A stretch of DNA of 64,000 bases from Pedobacter sp. (GCA_050253415.1 JBFWJC010000001.1:1224679-1288678), one strand, 5' to 3'; shown: positions 1 through 10,733, counted from the first letter of the stretch. Notes: generated by a model from the sequence alone, not told the origin. A program made the numbers and translations.

Positions 1-1
1 G

Positions 2-604
2 CATCCTTTCATGCCTTTTATTACAGAAGAAATCTGGCAGGCATTGCCCGGTGCCCGTCCGACCGTATCGATCATGTCCGCTCCTTTTTCCAGCGTGGCG
101 ACGCTGCCTGTAGATCCGCAGGGTGCGGCACGGATGGAACTGGTTATGGATGTCATCAAAGGGATTCGTAATATCCGGGGGGAAATGAATGTCCCTCCAG
201 GTAAACGGATTGCCGCGGTTTTGGAATGTAAAACGGAGGATGCTGCCGACGTGCTGGCTGCGGGCGAGGGGTATATCAAGAGCCTTGCGCGGGTTGACTC
301 TCTTGTCTTTGGTGTGTCTGTCGAACGCCCGGCGCAGGCGGCCACACAGGTTGCAGGGGAGGTCGAGATCCTACTGCCCCTCGCCGGCCTGATCGATCTG
401 GATGAGGAGCAAAAGCGTCTGGAAAAGGAAATCGCCAAGGTTGAAAAGGATGTTGTTATGTTCAGTAAGAAGCTCTCCAACGAATCCTTTTTGGCCAAGG
501 CCCCCCCAGAAGTTCTGGAAAAGGATCAACAGAAATTGACCGATGCCCAGGAAAAACTGGCAATCTTGCAGCAGAGCCTGGATAAAATCGTTTCGTTAAA
601 ATAG
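2..604 (+). CDS. valS: Valyl-tRNA synthetase, C-terminal part (truncated by window edge)
   Basis: HPFMPFITEEIW motif, anticodon-binding region (IRNIRGEMNV) and C-terminal coiled coil KKLSNESFLAKAP. Confidence 0.95.
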   Translation, partial: HPFMPFITEEIWQALPGARPTVSIMSAPFSSVATLPVDPQGAARMELVMDVIKGIRNIRGEMNVPPGKRIAAVLECKTEDAADVLAAGEGYIKSLARVDSLVFGVSVERPAQAATQVAGEVEILLPLAGLIDLDEEQKRLEKEIAKVEKDVVMFSKKLSNESFLAKAPPEVLEKDQQKLTDAQEKLAILQQSLDKIVSLK

Positions 605-690
605 CAGGATTAGAAAGCTTACTGCTGTATCAGCCGTTGCAATGTTGGTTTGTATCCAGCGTTACTATTTCGGCTAGACCTGTACTATAC

Positions 691-726
691 AAAGCCCGTC
701 CAACCCTAAGGTTGGCGGGCTTTTTT
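691..726 (+). terminator. Rho-independent terminator after valS
   Basis: aaagcccg(t)ccaacc-ctaa-ggttggcgggc followed by tttttt. Confidence 0.85.
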
Positions 727-759
727 CATTGATGTGGTTTTTTCCAGGGGGTGAATGTC

Positions 760-787
760 TTGACAAATATGTCATGTTTCCTAGTCT
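760..787 (+). promoter_or_regulatory. Putative sigma70 promoter with overlapping palindrome
   Basis: TTGACA (760-765), 16 bp, TAGTCT (782-787); palindrome TGACA-AATA-TGTCA at 761-774. Confidence 0.45.
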
Positions 788-854
788 TAAGTTAAGCTAG
801 TTAAAATTAATTGGTTGATACTTATGGTATTGAGGACGTTCTGAGTGGTACGCG

Positions 855-3512
855 TTGGCAAGAGCCAAAGATGAGGAGACTGCAGCTGTGACATGGCCCT
901 GGAAACAACTGTTAGGCTTGGGATTGCTGATCCTGATTCTGAATGGCACCCTGCTGCTGTTGAGCTCTAAAGTTTTCCTCGGGAGTTATATCCGTCTGGA
1001 AAATAACCTTGCCCAGGAAACTGTGCAGCGCGGGGTCGGCGTCTATCAGGACGAGTTGGCCTTTCTGGAACGCATAACCAAGGACTGGGCCAACTGGGAT
1101 GACGCATACCGGTTTATGCAGACCCGTGACCCGGGCTTTTCTGACAGCAATCTCGTTGATAGCACTTTTTCCACCCTCAATGTCAACGTTATATTGTTTC
1201 TGGATAAAAACGGGGCGATTGTCGCCGGCAAGGCGTTCGATCTTGCCGGACAGCTCGAGGTACCCGTCTACCGCGGGTTACAGGAGGCGCTGGGCACCGA
1301 AAAGACCTATGAACGGCTGAAAATCGAGAGTCAGGGTGTCAATGGTCTGCTGAGCCTGCCGGAAGGCTTCCTGATGCTGGCCTGCCAGCCTGTGTTAACC
1401 GGTGAAAGACAGGGTCCTCCGCGGGGCACGTTGCTGATGGGGCGGTTCCTGGATGACAGCGAGTTGCACAGACTGAGCGCCAAGGCGAATCTTCCCATGG
1501 AATTCAGCCGCCTTCAATCGGGGCGTGAATGGCCTGCATGGTCCAGGGGAACGGGTGGCGAACCCGAGATTTTGTTGCGCACGGTCAATGCTAGAAGTCT
1601 GCGATCTCGTATTCTGTTGCGCGATATTTTCGGGGCGCCTGCCGTAGTCATGGCGGTCAGTCTGCCGAGGGATCTTTACAATCAGGGGCGCCACGCCATG
1701 CTTTACCTGCATCTCTGGATGCTTCTGGCAAGTGTTTTGGGCGGGCTAGGCGTCTTTATCGTCTGGGGGAGGCTACGGGGATCACAGCAAAAACAGCGTG
1801 ACAGTGAACATCTCTTCCAACATTTATTTCAGTTTTCCGCCGATGCTTTTTTTCTTTGTGACGAAGAGGGGCGGTTTGTGGATGTCAACCATCAGGCATG
1901 TGCAGGACTTGGCTTCTCCCGCCAGGAACTCTTATCTCTAAGTTGGAACGATATTACTATAGCCGCCATTGGTGATCTGATGTCCCGCACCCGACGTTTG
2001 AGCACCGCGCCGCCGAGCCCCATGGAAGCCATGTTCAGGGGAGCCGCTGACCATGCGTTTCCGGGGGATATCAGCGTCAGTCGTCTTGAATTGCAGGGAC
2101 AGAGTTTTTTCTTCGTGCTGGTGAGGGATATCACTGAGCGAAAGATCTCCGATGACCTGTTGCGTGAGCAAAAGGATCGGCTTAATTATCTTGCCTACCA
2201 CGATGTGCTGACCAGTCTGCCCAATCGTCTAAAGGCCATTGAGGTTCTTCAGACCTTTATTGCGCGCGCCAAACATCGGGACTCCATGGTCGGGGTGTTG
2301 CTGTTTGATATCGACCGATTCAAAAATATCAATGAATCTCTTGGGCATGAGACGGGAGACGAAATTTTGATGGAAATAGCAACCCGGATTCAGGGGCTTC
2401 TGCGCGATACGGATGTGGTGGCTCGTTTTGGCGGGGATGAATTCATGGTGTTGCTGGAACATGTGGAAGATGGGGAGGGGATAAAAACGGTTGCGGAAAA
2501 AATCCTCGAAGCGATAGCGCGGCCTCTGCATATCAAGGAACAACAGTTTTATCTCACCGGCAGCATCGGAATCAGTCTTTATCCTAAGCATGGAGAAGAT
2601 GTCCAGTCGATTCTAAAGGCAGCGGACAGCGCTATGTATTTTGCCAAAGATCAGGGACGCAATACGTTTCGGTTTTTCATCCCGATGCTTAAGGTCGATG
2701 TTGAAGCAAGGCTTTATCTCGAAACGGACCTGCGGCAGGCCCTTGAACAAAAACAGTTTGTGTTGTTTTATCAGCCTGAGTTTAATCTCAATACCGGCAA
2801 GGTGGAATGTCTGGAAGCCTTGGTGCGTTGGCAACACCCTAGCCGCGGCGTGGTAGGACCAGGGGAATTTATCCCCCTCGCAGAGGATACGGGACTGATC
2901 GTTCCGATTGGCGAATGGGTTCTGCAGGAGGCTTGCAGACAGGTGATGGCCTGGAGGCAGTTGGGACTTCCTCCGGTGAAGGTGGCCGTTAATATTTCAG
3001 CACGGCAGTTTCGGCAGTCCGGGTTTATTGAAATGGTATATCGTGTTCTAAAGCAAAGTGGCATGCCTGTGGAGTTGCTGGAACTTGAAATTACCGAAAG
3101 CATGGTTATTCAAAGTGCCGAGCACGCTCGGAACATGCTGAAAATGTTGCGACAGACCGGCATTTGTCTGGCCGTCGATGATTTTGGTCTGGGGTATTCT
3201 TCGCTGAGTTATCTTAAGCAATATCCCTTTTCCAAATTGAAAATGGATCGAGAATTTGTCAAAAATGTTGTAACCAATGCCAATGACAAAGCCATTGCTG
3301 CAGCGATTGTCTCCATGGGTACCAGCTTGGGGCTGGAGGTCGTTGCCGAGGGCATTGAAGGGCAGGAGCAGTTGGAGGCCCTTCGCGATTTGGGATGCCC
3401 TGCCGGTCAGGGATTTTACTTGACGGTCCCCCAAGATGCCGAGGAAACCGGACGGTTTCTTGCCTGTACCATGGGAGAGAACTCCCGTGTGGTTAAAGCC
3501 TTCAGGGCATAA
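855..3512 (+). CDS. Membrane CHASE4-PAS-GGDEF-EAL diguanylate cyclase/phosphodiesterase (start uncertain)
   Basis: Two TM segments, DWANWDD CHASE4 signature, RDTD I-site plus RFGGDEF, LEALVRW, DDFGLGYSS. Confidence 0.9.
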   Translation: MARAKDEETAAVTWPWKQLLGLGLLILILNGTLLLLSSKVFLGSYIRLENNLAQETVQRGVGVYQDELAFLERITKDWANWDDAYRFMQTRDPGFSDSNLVDSTFSTLNVNVILFLDKNGAIVAGKAFDLAGQLEVPVYRGLQEALGTEKTYERLKIESQGVNGLLSLPEGFLMLACQPVLTGERQGPPRGTLLMGRFLDDSELHRLSAKANLPMEFSRLQSGREWPAWSRGTGGEPEILLRTVNARSLRSRILLRDIFGAPAVVMAVSLPRDLYNQGRHAMLYLHLWMLLASVLGGLGVFIVWGRLRGSQQKQRDSEHLFQHLFQFSADAFFLCDEEGRFVDVNHQACAGLGFSRQELLSLSWNDITIAAIGDLMSRTRRLSTAPPSPMEAMFRGAADHAFPGDISVSRLELQGQSFFFVLVRDITERKISDDLLREQKDRLNYLAYHDVLTSLPNRLKAIEVLQTFIARAKHRDSMVGVLLFDIDRFKNINESLGHETGDEILMEIATRIQGLLRDTDVVARFGGDEFMVLLEHVEDGEGIKTVAEKILEAIARPLHIKEQQFYLTGSIGISLYPKHGEDVQSILKAADSAMYFAKDQGRNTFRFFIPMLKVDVEARLYLETDLRQALEQKQFVLFYQPEFNLNTGKVECLEALVRWQHPSRGVVGPGEFIPLAEDTGLIVPIGEWVLQEACRQVMAWRQLGLPPVKVAVNISARQFRQSGFIEMVYRVLKQSGMPVELLELEITESMVIQSAEHARNMLKMLRQTGICLAVDDFGLGYSSLSYLKQYPFSKLKMDREFVKNVVTNANDKAIAAAIVSMGTSLGLEVVAEGIEGQEQLEALRDLGCPAGQGFYLTVPQDAEETGRFLACTMGENSRVVKAFRA

Positions 3513-3522
3513 TGTCAGGGCA

Positions 3523-5871
3523 TCAAGGTTCTATTTCAGTGGTTTTGAGCAGCTGAGTAAGGCATGCGCGAATTTCACTGCTTTCTCCCATTTTTAATAT
3601 CCGTTTGCCCATTTTTTCCGCCTCAAGACTGGATATGCGACTCAACATCATTTTCATGCGAGGTATGAACGGTGCCGCCATGGAGAATTCGCGAATCCCC
3701 ATACCGATCAGGGCCAGTAGATTCAGAGGGTCATTAGCCATTTCGCCGCACAGACAAAGCCCCTTGCCCTGTTTCTGCGCAATGCGTGCGACATTATGGA
3801 GGACTTGTAACACTGCCGGGTGCAGAGGGTCGTAATACCGGTTGACCAGGGGATTGTTGCGATCAGCCGCCAGAAGGTATTGAATCAGGTCGTTGGTACC
3901 CAGGGCAAAAAAGTCGACTTCACGGGCCAACCAGTCGGCAAGTTGTACGGCCGCCGGTACTTCGACCATCATCCCCAGGGGGACATCCGCGACAAACGGT
4001 ACTCCTTCCTTCCTTAGATTCTGACAGGCCTCCTCGACGACGGCTTTGCAGGCCCGGATTTCTTCCACTCCCGAAATCATTGGGAACAGCATTTTCACCG
4101 GACCATGGCAGGCGGCCATGAGAATCGCCTCGATTTGAGTCCGGAAGATATCCAGGTTGTCCAGCGAGACGCGTACCGAACGCCATCCCATAAAAGGGTT
4201 TTCTTCATGGGGTGGCCGGAAATATGGGAGCGCCTTGTCCCCACCGATATCGAGGGTGCGGATGGTGACAGGTTTCCCGTCGAAGCCTTTGATCACCCGG
4301 GAATAGAGCTTATACTGCTCCTCACGGCTGGGGAAATCGGGGCGGATCATGTAGGGGAATTCGGTACGGTAAAGCCCGACCCCTTCGGCACCGTTACGCC
4401 GGGCGATTTCGATGTCGCTGACCAGACCGACGTTGGCACGCAGTATGATCTTCACGCCGTCGCTGGTTTGCGCCGGCAGATCGCGAAATTTTTCGATCTG
4501 GTGCATTTGCCGACCGGCATCTTCTTCCAGCCTGCGGTATTCATCCGCTACCTGCGGGTCGGGATTGATGTGCAGCAGTCCCGAGTTGGCATCGAGGATG
4601 ACATGGTCCTCCGGTGCCACATTTTTAAGGGCTCCCCGCACCCCCACAAGCGCCGGTATGCCAAGAGATTTGGCCATAATGACTGCATGGGAATTACGTT
4701 CCCCGGCTTCGGTGACGATGCCGCGAATCTGCTCGTGATCGAGGGCAGCCATGTCCGAAGGCAGGATTTCCCGTGCGATGAGAATCCCCGGGTGTTTCAG
4801 CTGCAGTGGGTGGGGATCCTGCCCCGCCAGATTGGCCATCAGGCGGCGGCCGATGTCGCGCATGTCGGCCGCGCGTTCGCGCAGGTAGGGGTCTTCCATT
4901 TTTTCAAAGGCTTCGACATAGTTGCCGATAACCCTTTCCACGGCATAGCGTGCCCCGTGGCCCTGCTCGATTTCGTCCTGAAGCCGTTTAAGCATGGCGC
5001 GGTCTTCAAGAATCATTAAATGGGTGTGGAAGATGGAGGCGTCGGCTTGAGAGAGTCTTTCCGCCATGCGTTTTTCAAGGTAAATGGTCTGAATGCGGGT
5101 TTGCTCCAAGGCCTCTTCCAGGAGCGATTCTTCCTTCGCCTGATCGAGGACTTCCTCGTCGAGAATGTCGGTAAGACCGTGTTCGGCAGACATGACATGG
5201 GCGGCTCCCGCGACCAGCCCCGGATAGGCAACCACTCCTCGCAGGGCGCTTTCCCTTGTTGTTTCGAGTTTTTGAGCTGATTCGGCAGGGCGTGTTGTTC
5301 CTGCCGCCTGTCGCAGCGCCTCGGCATAGCGGTTGGCTTGCGCCTCCTTGTGCTGGATGGAATCGAGCAGGCGCGCATTGACCACGATCGAGGCCACCTG
5401 AAAGGCAATGGTCGAAAGGGCGCTGATGTCTTCATCGCTGAACTTGCGAGAGGCACGGCTCTGAACAATAAGTGCCCCGATGGGGATATTCCGGTCGAAT
5501 AGCGGAATACCCAGAAAACTATGGAACCTTTCCTCCCCGGTTTCCTTGAAGTAACGATAACGCGGATGGTTCTGCGGTTCCTGCAAGGCCACCACTTTGC
5601 ACTCTTCCACCACCAGGCCGGTCAAGCCTTCGCTCACCTTCATGGTGACTCGGCCGACAGCACGGCGGGACAGACCCTTGGTGGCCCGCAATCGCAGAGT
5701 ATGCCGGTCTTCATCCAGTAGATAAATGGAACAGACGTCCGATATGGTGCGTCGCGCCACCACGGATACGATATTGTGCAGGGTTTCGTGCAGGTCGTGC
5801 GACTTGAGAATAAGCGTGCTGATATCCTCAAGGGTGCGAAGCCCAATGTGGTTTATATTTCTTGATGCCAT
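3523..5871 (-). CDS. ptsP: GAF-domain PEP-protein phosphotransferase (EI-Ntr)
   Basis: N-terminal GAF; NSHAVIMA phospho-His; GLYRTEF, TLDIGGDK, EENPFMGWR, GTNDLIQY. Confidence 0.93.
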   Translation of the reverse strand: MASRNINHIGLRTLEDISTLILKSHDLHETLHNIVSVVARRTISDVCSIYLLDEDRHTLRLRATKGLSRRAVGRVTMKVSEGLTGLVVEECKVVALQEPQNHPRYRYFKETGEERFHSFLGIPLFDRNIPIGALIVQSRASRKFSDEDISALSTIAFQVASIVVNARLLDSIQHKEAQANRYAEALRQAAGTTRPAESAQKLETTRESALRGVVAYPGLVAGAAHVMSAEHGLTDILDEEVLDQAKEESLLEEALEQTRIQTIYLEKRMAERLSQADASIFHTHLMILEDRAMLKRLQDEIEQGHGARYAVERVIGNYVEAFEKMEDPYLRERAADMRDIGRRLMANLAGQDPHPLQLKHPGILIAREILPSDMAALDHEQIRGIVTEAGERNSHAVIMAKSLGIPALVGVRGALKNVAPEDHVILDANSGLLHINPDPQVADEYRRLEEDAGRQMHQIEKFRDLPAQTSDGVKIILRANVGLVSDIEIARRNGAEGVGLYRTEFPYMIRPDFPSREEQYKLYSRVIKGFDGKPVTIRTLDIGGDKALPYFRPPHEENPFMGWRSVRVSLDNLDIFRTQIEAILMAACHGPVKMLFPMISGVEEIRACKAVVEEACQNLRKEGVPFVADVPLGMMVEVPAAVQLADWLAREVDFFALGTNDLIQYLLAADRNNPLVNRYYDPLHPAVLQVLHNVARIAQKQGKGLCLCGEMANDPLNLLALIGMGIREFSMAAPFIPRMKMMLSRISSLEAEKMGKRILKMGESSEIRACLTQLLKTTEIEP

Positions 5872-5922
5872 GATGTCAGGCCTTTCAAGGTATGTGGCTG
5901 GTATGGGGCCTTGTTTGCAATA

Positions 5923-8190
5923 TTAAGCGTTTTTCCCCGCTGGCGAGGCTGTTGAAAACTGCCGGCGTTGGATGCCATAGCGTTCCATCAGTCGATAGAA
6001 CGTGCGTCGGGGTAAATTAGCGCGCCGCGCAGCGGCGGATACGTTTCCGCTGGCTTCCCGCAGATAACGTTCCAGCAGGTCACGCTCGATCAGTTCCATC
6101 TGGTGTCCCCGTCTGGCCCGATAATCGTTGTTGGCCTCGTTCGGCACAACTGTTTGCCCGCATGATCCCACCATTAAAGGCAGGGACAGGTGTTCCTGTC
6201 GTAATGTCTCTTCCTGGCTTGCTGCGACAGCCCGTTCTATGATCGAGGCCAACTCAGGGATGTTGCCCGGCCAGGAGTAGTGGCGCAAGGTATCCATGGC
6301 CAGAGGGTCGATGCCTGTCACCTTTTTATTGAGCCGGCGACTGGCCCGTCGTAATTGCTGCATTGCCAAATCCGGCAACGCCTCCAAGCGGTTTCTAAGC
6401 GGCGGTAATGTCAGAGTGCAAAAGCTGAGCCGGAAAAACAGGTCGCCATTAAACCAGCCATCCCGGACGCCTTGCTCAAGATCCCGATGGCTGGTAACGA
6501 TGAGGCGTACGTCGATCGGCACCGATGCTTGCAATCCTGCCGGGATGATGGTTCCCTGATCAAGAAACTTCAACAGGGCGCGTTGTGTCTCCGGCCCGGC
6601 ATCGGCAATTTCATCCAACAGCAGGGTGCTGCCATTGGCCAGCTCCAGCATCCCCTGTGACGGTTTGGGACTCTGGTGACAGCCAAACAGTTCGGCTGTC
6701 AACTGGTTATCATCAAGCCCGGTGCAATTGATGGTGGCCATCGGTTGGTTGGCGCGGCGGCTGTGGCGATGAATGGTTCGTGCCAGAGTTTCTTTGCCGG
6801 TGCCGGCTTCGCCGCGTAACAGTAACGTCTTGTCACCGGGAGCCAGCTCCAGAGCAAAATCCCGCAATCGCCGCATCAAGTCGTCTTCTCCGAGGAGGTC
6901 CTCCGCGGAGGTATGTCGTAACAATTGTACAGCGTGCTGCAGGCGTTGCTTTTCGCCCTTAAGACGTTTTATGAAATAGGGCAGGCACATATCCTCTGTG
7001 GCCAGATTGCGACAGACGGCGGTTGCGTGTTCCCGACAGGATGCGTAACCGCAGGCACTGCAATTAAGCTCATCGCGTTGGGCAAATTTGTCCGTGGAAT
7101 GCAGTACCCGGCGGATGTTCTCGCCACTGGGGTGTTCCTGGCGGCGCTGTCGGTTACTGAACGTGCGCACCAACGATACTTTCCCGCCATCTATGAGATG
7201 CCCTCTGTTCGGTCGGGATGTTTCGGTCTGTTGAGCAAATTGCCGTACCAGATAGCCGCGTGCATAGGGTGACAGGCGGCTGGCGGGATCGCAAGGTCCC
7301 AGACAGCCGCCACGGCACAGACGCAGGTCGACAACTGCAGGCTTGATACGGCCCGCAGCCAGATCCCGGAAAATCTCCAGAGCATTGCGGGCGCCTTCCA
7401 CGGAAAGAACCTCGCCGAGATCGCCAGGAAAGTCCGGTATGAAGGCAGCCAAGGTTCCGCCTGTCAGGGGAAACTGTCGGCCCATACTGAGTTCCGGTCC
7501 ATCGAAAGGCGCATCCGGCATACACCCCGTGGTGATACCGGCTTGCTCCAGCAATTCGGCTGCTTCAGCAAAGGTCAGGGCCGCATCGACCGTATCATGT
7601 ATCTGCTCATCGGTGGTTTCAAGCTTGCCTGCAAAGCAGGAACTTATGGTGACAACACGCAGCGGACCGCTGTGGGCACTGCGTATCGCTCGAGCTGTTG
7701 CCACCAGGGGGGAAACCAGGGGTGCCAGGTTGCGTAACAATTGGGGGAAATGACGTTCAATAAGGGCTACAACTGCCGGGCAATGACCAAGAATAATCGG
7801 TGCTTGCGAGGTTGCCGGAGTGTCAGCAGATAATCGGTCAGCCAGCAACTCCACCCCCCAGGCTCCTTCAACAACAAGCTGAAAGCCCAGCTTTCGAAGT
7901 CCTGCGACCAACTGTCCCGGGCGCGTATCGCCGATATAGGCCGGGAAGGAAGGTGCAAGGATAGCCGCCATCGGTTCTTTGTGTTTCAGCAGGCGTCGGC
8001 AACGTTCCTGGGCGCTCGGTGCGCTTCGGGCCTGTTGGGAGCAGATTTGCAGGCAGCGGCCGCAACCTATGCAGCGACCATGGCTCAGGTCGGTGCCTTC
8101 CGCTGTGACGCTAATGGCCTTAACGGGGCAGTGGCGAACGCAGGCATAACAGCTGCGGCAGCGTTGCGCATCGGTTTGGATAGGACCCAT
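5923..8190 (-). CDS. [FeFe]-hydrogenase-like Fe-S sensor fused to an NtrC-type AAA+ and Fis HTH
   Basis: Two CxxCxxCxxxC motifs, degenerate H-cluster motifs (GHCP, SSCFAGKLE, LCRGGCLG), LNCSACGYASC, Walker A GEAGTGKE, Walker B LLLDE, C-terminal GNVSAAAR HTH. Confidence 0.82.
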   Translation of the reverse strand: MGPIQTDAQRCRSCYACVRHCPVKAISVTAEGTDLSHGRCIGCGRCLQICSQQARSAPSAQERCRRLLKHKEPMAAILAPSFPAYIGDTRPGQLVAGLRKLGFQLVVEGAWGVELLADRLSADTPATSQAPIILGHCPAVVALIERHFPQLLRNLAPLVSPLVATARAIRSAHSGPLRVVTISSCFAGKLETTDEQIHDTVDAALTFAEAAELLEQAGITTGCMPDAPFDGPELSMGRQFPLTGGTLAAFIPDFPGDLGEVLSVEGARNALEIFRDLAAGRIKPAVVDLRLCRGGCLGPCDPASRLSPYARGYLVRQFAQQTETSRPNRGHLIDGGKVSLVRTFSNRQRRQEHPSGENIRRVLHSTDKFAQRDELNCSACGYASCREHATAVCRNLATEDMCLPYFIKRLKGEKQRLQHAVQLLRHTSAEDLLGEDDLMRRLRDFALELAPGDKTLLLRGEAGTGKETLARTIHRHSRRANQPMATINCTGLDDNQLTAELFGCHQSPKPSQGMLELANGSTLLLDEIADAGPETQRALLKFLDQGTIIPAGLQASVPIDVRLIVTSHRDLEQGVRDGWFNGDLFFRLSFCTLTLPPLRNRLEALPDLAMQQLRRASRRLNKKVTGIDPLAMDTLRHYSWPGNIPELASIIERAVAASQEETLRQEHLSLPLMVGSCGQTVVPNEANNDYRARRGHQMELIERDLLERYLREASGNVSAAARRANLPRRTFYRLMERYGIQRRQFSTASPAGKNA

Positions 8191-8327
8191 GGACGATTCC
8201 GGTCGATTCGGCGTGAATTGTGTTCAGGGGAGAGGAGCGCTAAGAATTGTCGAAGTGTGCCACTTCTGCCACAGGTAAGTCAAACGATATTTGCAAAAGC
8301 GGCAACGGGGGAGGCAGAAGAGAATAT

Positions 8328-8500
8328 TGGTGATTAGTTATTAGTGATTAGTTGTTGGGTTTTGGTGTGAAGCATGATTGTCACCAGTCACCAGTCACCA
8401 GTCACCAGTCACCAGTCACCAGTCACCAGTCACCAGTCACCAGTCACCAGTCACCAGTCACCAGTCACCAGTCACCAGTCACCAGTGTCACTAGTCACTA
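8328..8500. repeat. Heptamer array: degenerate TGATTAG units, (GTCACCA)x15 at 8380-8484, then GTCACTA x2
   Basis: Read directly from sequence. Confidence 0.95.
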
Positions 8501-8501
8501 C

Positions 8502-9494
8502 CTAACGAGGGATGCGATAGCGGCCAACCTCGTCGCTGAAATGACACGCGGCCAAATGACCATTGCCCTGGTCGGTTAGTTCCGGGGACTGCTGGCGGCA
8601 CAACTCTCGGGCATAGGGGCAGCGGGGGTGAAAATGACAGCCGCTGGGAGGATTGAGAGGGGATGGTATTTCGCCGATCAGAGGACGTTTTTGCTTGCGG
8701 GCGTGAGGGTTGGGAATAGGGACCGCATTCAGTAGCGCTTCACTGTAGGGGTGTCGGGGAGTCTTGTAAAGCTGGTCGGCGGGGGTCAGTTCCACAATGC
8801 GCCCGAGGTACATGACAGCGACCCGGTCGCTGATATGTTCAATGATAGACAGGTCGTGGGCAATAAACAGATAGGTAAGTTCGAATTGCTGTTGGATATC
8901 CTGCATAAGGTTGACTACCTGCGCCTGAATGGAAAGATCCAGAGCCGAGACTGGTTCGTCGGCAATAATCAAGCGGGGTTTCACCGCCAAAGCCCGAGCA
9001 ATACCGATGCGCTGGCGTTGTCCTCCGGAGAATTCGTGGGGATAACGGTCCATATGGGCTGCCCCCAAGCCGACGGTTTCCAGCAGACGCACAACCTCCT
9101 GCCGCAATTCCCGACCTTTGGCCAAACCATGAATCTTGAGGGGTTCGCCGACAATGTCGGCCACCTGCATGCGGGGATTGAGGGACGAGTAGGGGTCCTG
9201 GAAGATCATTTGCAGATCCCGGCGGCGCGCGCGCATCTGCCTCGGAGACAAGGCCAGCAGATCCTCCCCCTCGAACAGTACCTCGCCACCATCCGGTTCC
9301 AGCAGCCGCAGGATCGCTTTGCCGGTGGTCGATTTGCCGCAGCCCGATTCGCCGACCAGGCCCAGGGTTTCTCCGGCCCGCAGGCTGAAAGAGACCCCGT
9401 CGACAGCCTTGAGGGCAAGATGCTTGCCGGCCAACGCGCCGGTAGTCACCTGAAAGGTTTTACGCAGGTTTCGCACGTCAAGCAGGTTGGTCAT
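8502..9494 (-). CDS. Oligopeptide/dipeptide ABC transporter ATPase (OppF/DppF-like)
   Basis: [18 protein letters not shown]-terminal PPSGCHFHPRC; start MTNLLD overlaps upstream stop (ATGA). Confidence 0.9.
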   Translation of the reverse strand: MTNLLDVRNLRKTFQVTTGALAGKHLALKAVDGVSFSLRAGETLGLVGESGCGKSTTGKAILRLLEPDGGEVLFEGEDLLALSPRQMRARRRDLQMIFQDPYSSLNPRMQVADIVGEPLKIHGLAKGRELRQEVVRLLETVGLGAAHMDRYPHEFSGGQRQRIGIARALAVKPRLIIADEPVSALDLSIQAQVVNLMQDIQQQFELTYLFIAHDLSIIEHISDRVAVMYLGRIVELTPADQLYKTPRHPYSEALLNAVPIPNPHARKQKRPLIGEIPSPLNPPSGCHFHPRCPYARELCRQQSPELTDQGNGHLAACHFSDEVGRYRIPR

Positions 9495-10447
9495 GCATCC
9501 CTCCAGCAGCGAACATAATGATCCGGAGTCACTTCCAGCATTGGCGGAAGTTTGCCCATTTCGGGGGCGAAGGGGGCCGGACAGTTGTCCAGAAATGTGC
9601 CCGTAGCGGGTTGGCCCGGTATCGACGCACCATGATTCATGGCCAGACGGTGCTGCTTTTGGCCTATTTTGGGAAGGCAAGCCAGAAGATTGCGGGTGTA
9701 GGGGTGGCGCGGATCGTCAAAGATAGCTGTGACGGGTGCGTATTCCATGATCAGGCCATCGTGCATGATGGCGACCTTGTCGGCTGTTTCGGCCACCACG
9801 CCCAGGTCATGGGTAATCAGCAGGGTTGCCATCTGATGCTGGCATTTAAGATCGTCGAGCAACTGAAGGATCTGGGCCTGAATGGTGACATCCAGGGCGG
9901 TAGTCGGTTCATCTGCAATAAGCAGTTGCGGGCGACAGGCGAGGGCCATGGCGATGATCACCCGTTGCCGCATGCCGCCGGACAGTTGGTGCGGGTATTC
10001 CCGGCAACGCTGTTGCGGTGAGGGGATGCCAACCTGGTCCAACAAGTCGGCTGCTTGTCGCAAGGCTTCTTGACGCTTGAGACCCTGGTGTACCCGTAAA
10101 ACTTCAGCAATCTGCTCCCCGACGCTGAACACCGGATTGAGAGCGGTCATCGGTTCCTGGAAGATCATGGCGATCTTGTTGCCGCGTACCCGACGCATTT
10201 CCGTTTCGGGCAGCAAGCGCAGGTCTTCTCCCCGGAACAGAATCTCACCCTCGACCACCCTCCCGGGGGGCGGCACAAGACGCAGTAAGGACAAGGCCGT
10301 GATCGATTTTCCGCAGCCGGATTCGCCAACCAGCGCCAGCGTTTCCCCTGCGTTCAGAGTGAAGTCGATACCACGCACAGCTTTGGTAAGGCCGGCTTTG
10401 GTGAAAAAATAGGTGCGCAGATTGTGGACTTCGAGCAAGTGGGGCAT
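9491..10447 (-). CDS. Oligopeptide/dipeptide ABC transporter ATPase (OppD/DppD-like)
   Basis: [30 protein letters not shown]. Confidence 0.9.
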   Translation of the reverse strand: MPHLLEVHNLRTYFFTKAGLTKAVRGIDFTLNAGETLALVGESGCGKSITALSLLRLVPPPGRVVEGEILFRGEDLRLLPETEMRRVRGNKIAMIFQEPMTALNPVFSVGEQIAEVLRVHQGLKRQEALRQAADLLDQVGIPSPQQRCREYPHQLSGGMRQRVIIAMALACRPQLLIADEPTTALDVTIQAQILQLLDDLKCQHQMATLLITHDLGVVAETADKVAIMHDGLIMEYAPVTAIFDDPRHPYTRNLLACLPKIGQKQHRLAMNHGASIPGQPATGTFLDNCPAPFAPEMGKLPPMLEVTPDHYVRCWRDA

Positions 10448-10531
10448 GGACGCTCCTTTGCGGCTGGTTGCAGTCAGCCAATGTATCCGGAAAGCAAAGC
10501 ATCGTCAAGTAGGGGAGTGATCTCCAGGGGC

Positions 10532-10733
10532 AGCTATAAGCTATAAGCTGTAAGCTGTAAGCTGTAAGCTGGTGACAAGTGACAAGTGACAAGTGACAAG
10601 TGACAAGTGACAAGTGACAAGTGACAAGTGACAAGTGACAAGTGACAAGTGACAAGTGACAAGTGACAAGTGACAAGTGACAAGTGACAAGTGACAAGTG
10701 ACCAACTAATTACTAATCACTAATAACCAATCA
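10532..10733. repeat. Composite heptamer array: AGCTATA x2, AGCTGTA x3, (GTGACAA)x18 at 10572-10697, then ACTAATN-type units
   Basis: Read directly from sequence. Confidence 0.95.

Noticed and set aside
8380..8484. Possible CRISPR array
   Set aside because: Pure tandem 7-mers without spacers; no cas genes
10245..10697. 150-aa ORF with repeated SLVTCHL (and the similar SHQSPVT ORF at 8352-8579)
   Set aside because: Translation of heptamer arrays; no RBS or family motif
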